Positions 44,304 to 44,346 of a stretch of 44,346 nucleotides of DNA are shown here, piece after piece (the stretch's first letter is position 1; every line of letters begins with the position of its first letter). This DNA is from PVC group bacterium (GTDB taxonomy: Bacteria; Auribacterota; Erginobacteria; Erginobacterales; Erginobacteraceae), in the NCBI GenBank assembly GCA_043804695.1, contig JAZDIV010000122.1, forward strand, positions 1 to 44,346. The letters run 5' to 3'. Position numbers and translations under genes: made by a program. Under the pieces are notes generated by a model. The model saw only the letters and a program-made list of their open reading frames with translations. It ran no database searches and was not told where the DNA came from.

Positions 44304-44346
44304 TTCAATACAGCTGTGTAAAGTGTCAGGTGTAAAGTGTAAAGAT

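Overview
Bacterial chromosomal segment, mostly GC-rich, dominated by a large surface-glycan region. It holds six GT4 glycosyltransferases, four GT-C/ArnT-like membrane transferases, a Wzm/Wzt ABC exporter, Wzz, a Wzy/WaaL-like protein, a MurJ-like flippase, PssD/PssE, a Dpm1-like GT2, GtrA, a DegT-family aminotransferase, two sulfatase-fold proteins and a membrane-anchored radical SAM enzyme. Two other modules sit inside it. (1) A compact bacterial microcompartment operon (17002-23441, minus): CcmP-like BMC-T, BMC-H, BMC-P, aldehyde dehydrogenase, PduS-like, PduT-like and class II aldolase, with no phosphotransacylase or alcohol dehydrogenase. (2) A decaying integron cassette array with no integrase in the window (about 27644-31390, minus). 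It carries an uncharacterised protein plus radical SAM/SPASM pair whose CxxxCxxC motif is interrupted by an in-frame TAG, a YefM-YoeB pair, a gene-less mini-cassette and a YkgJ-family gene. At the left end, a tandem duplication carries the same ~167-bp TIR/TSD-bounded element at the identical site but in opposite orientations, plus a 73-aa ORF resembling the radical SAM protein with its catalytic core removed. Intergenic DNA is rich in REP-like hairpins and 7-9-bp tandem repeats. No rRNA, tRNA or CRISPR array was recognised. All calls come from motif recognition by eye, without database searches.
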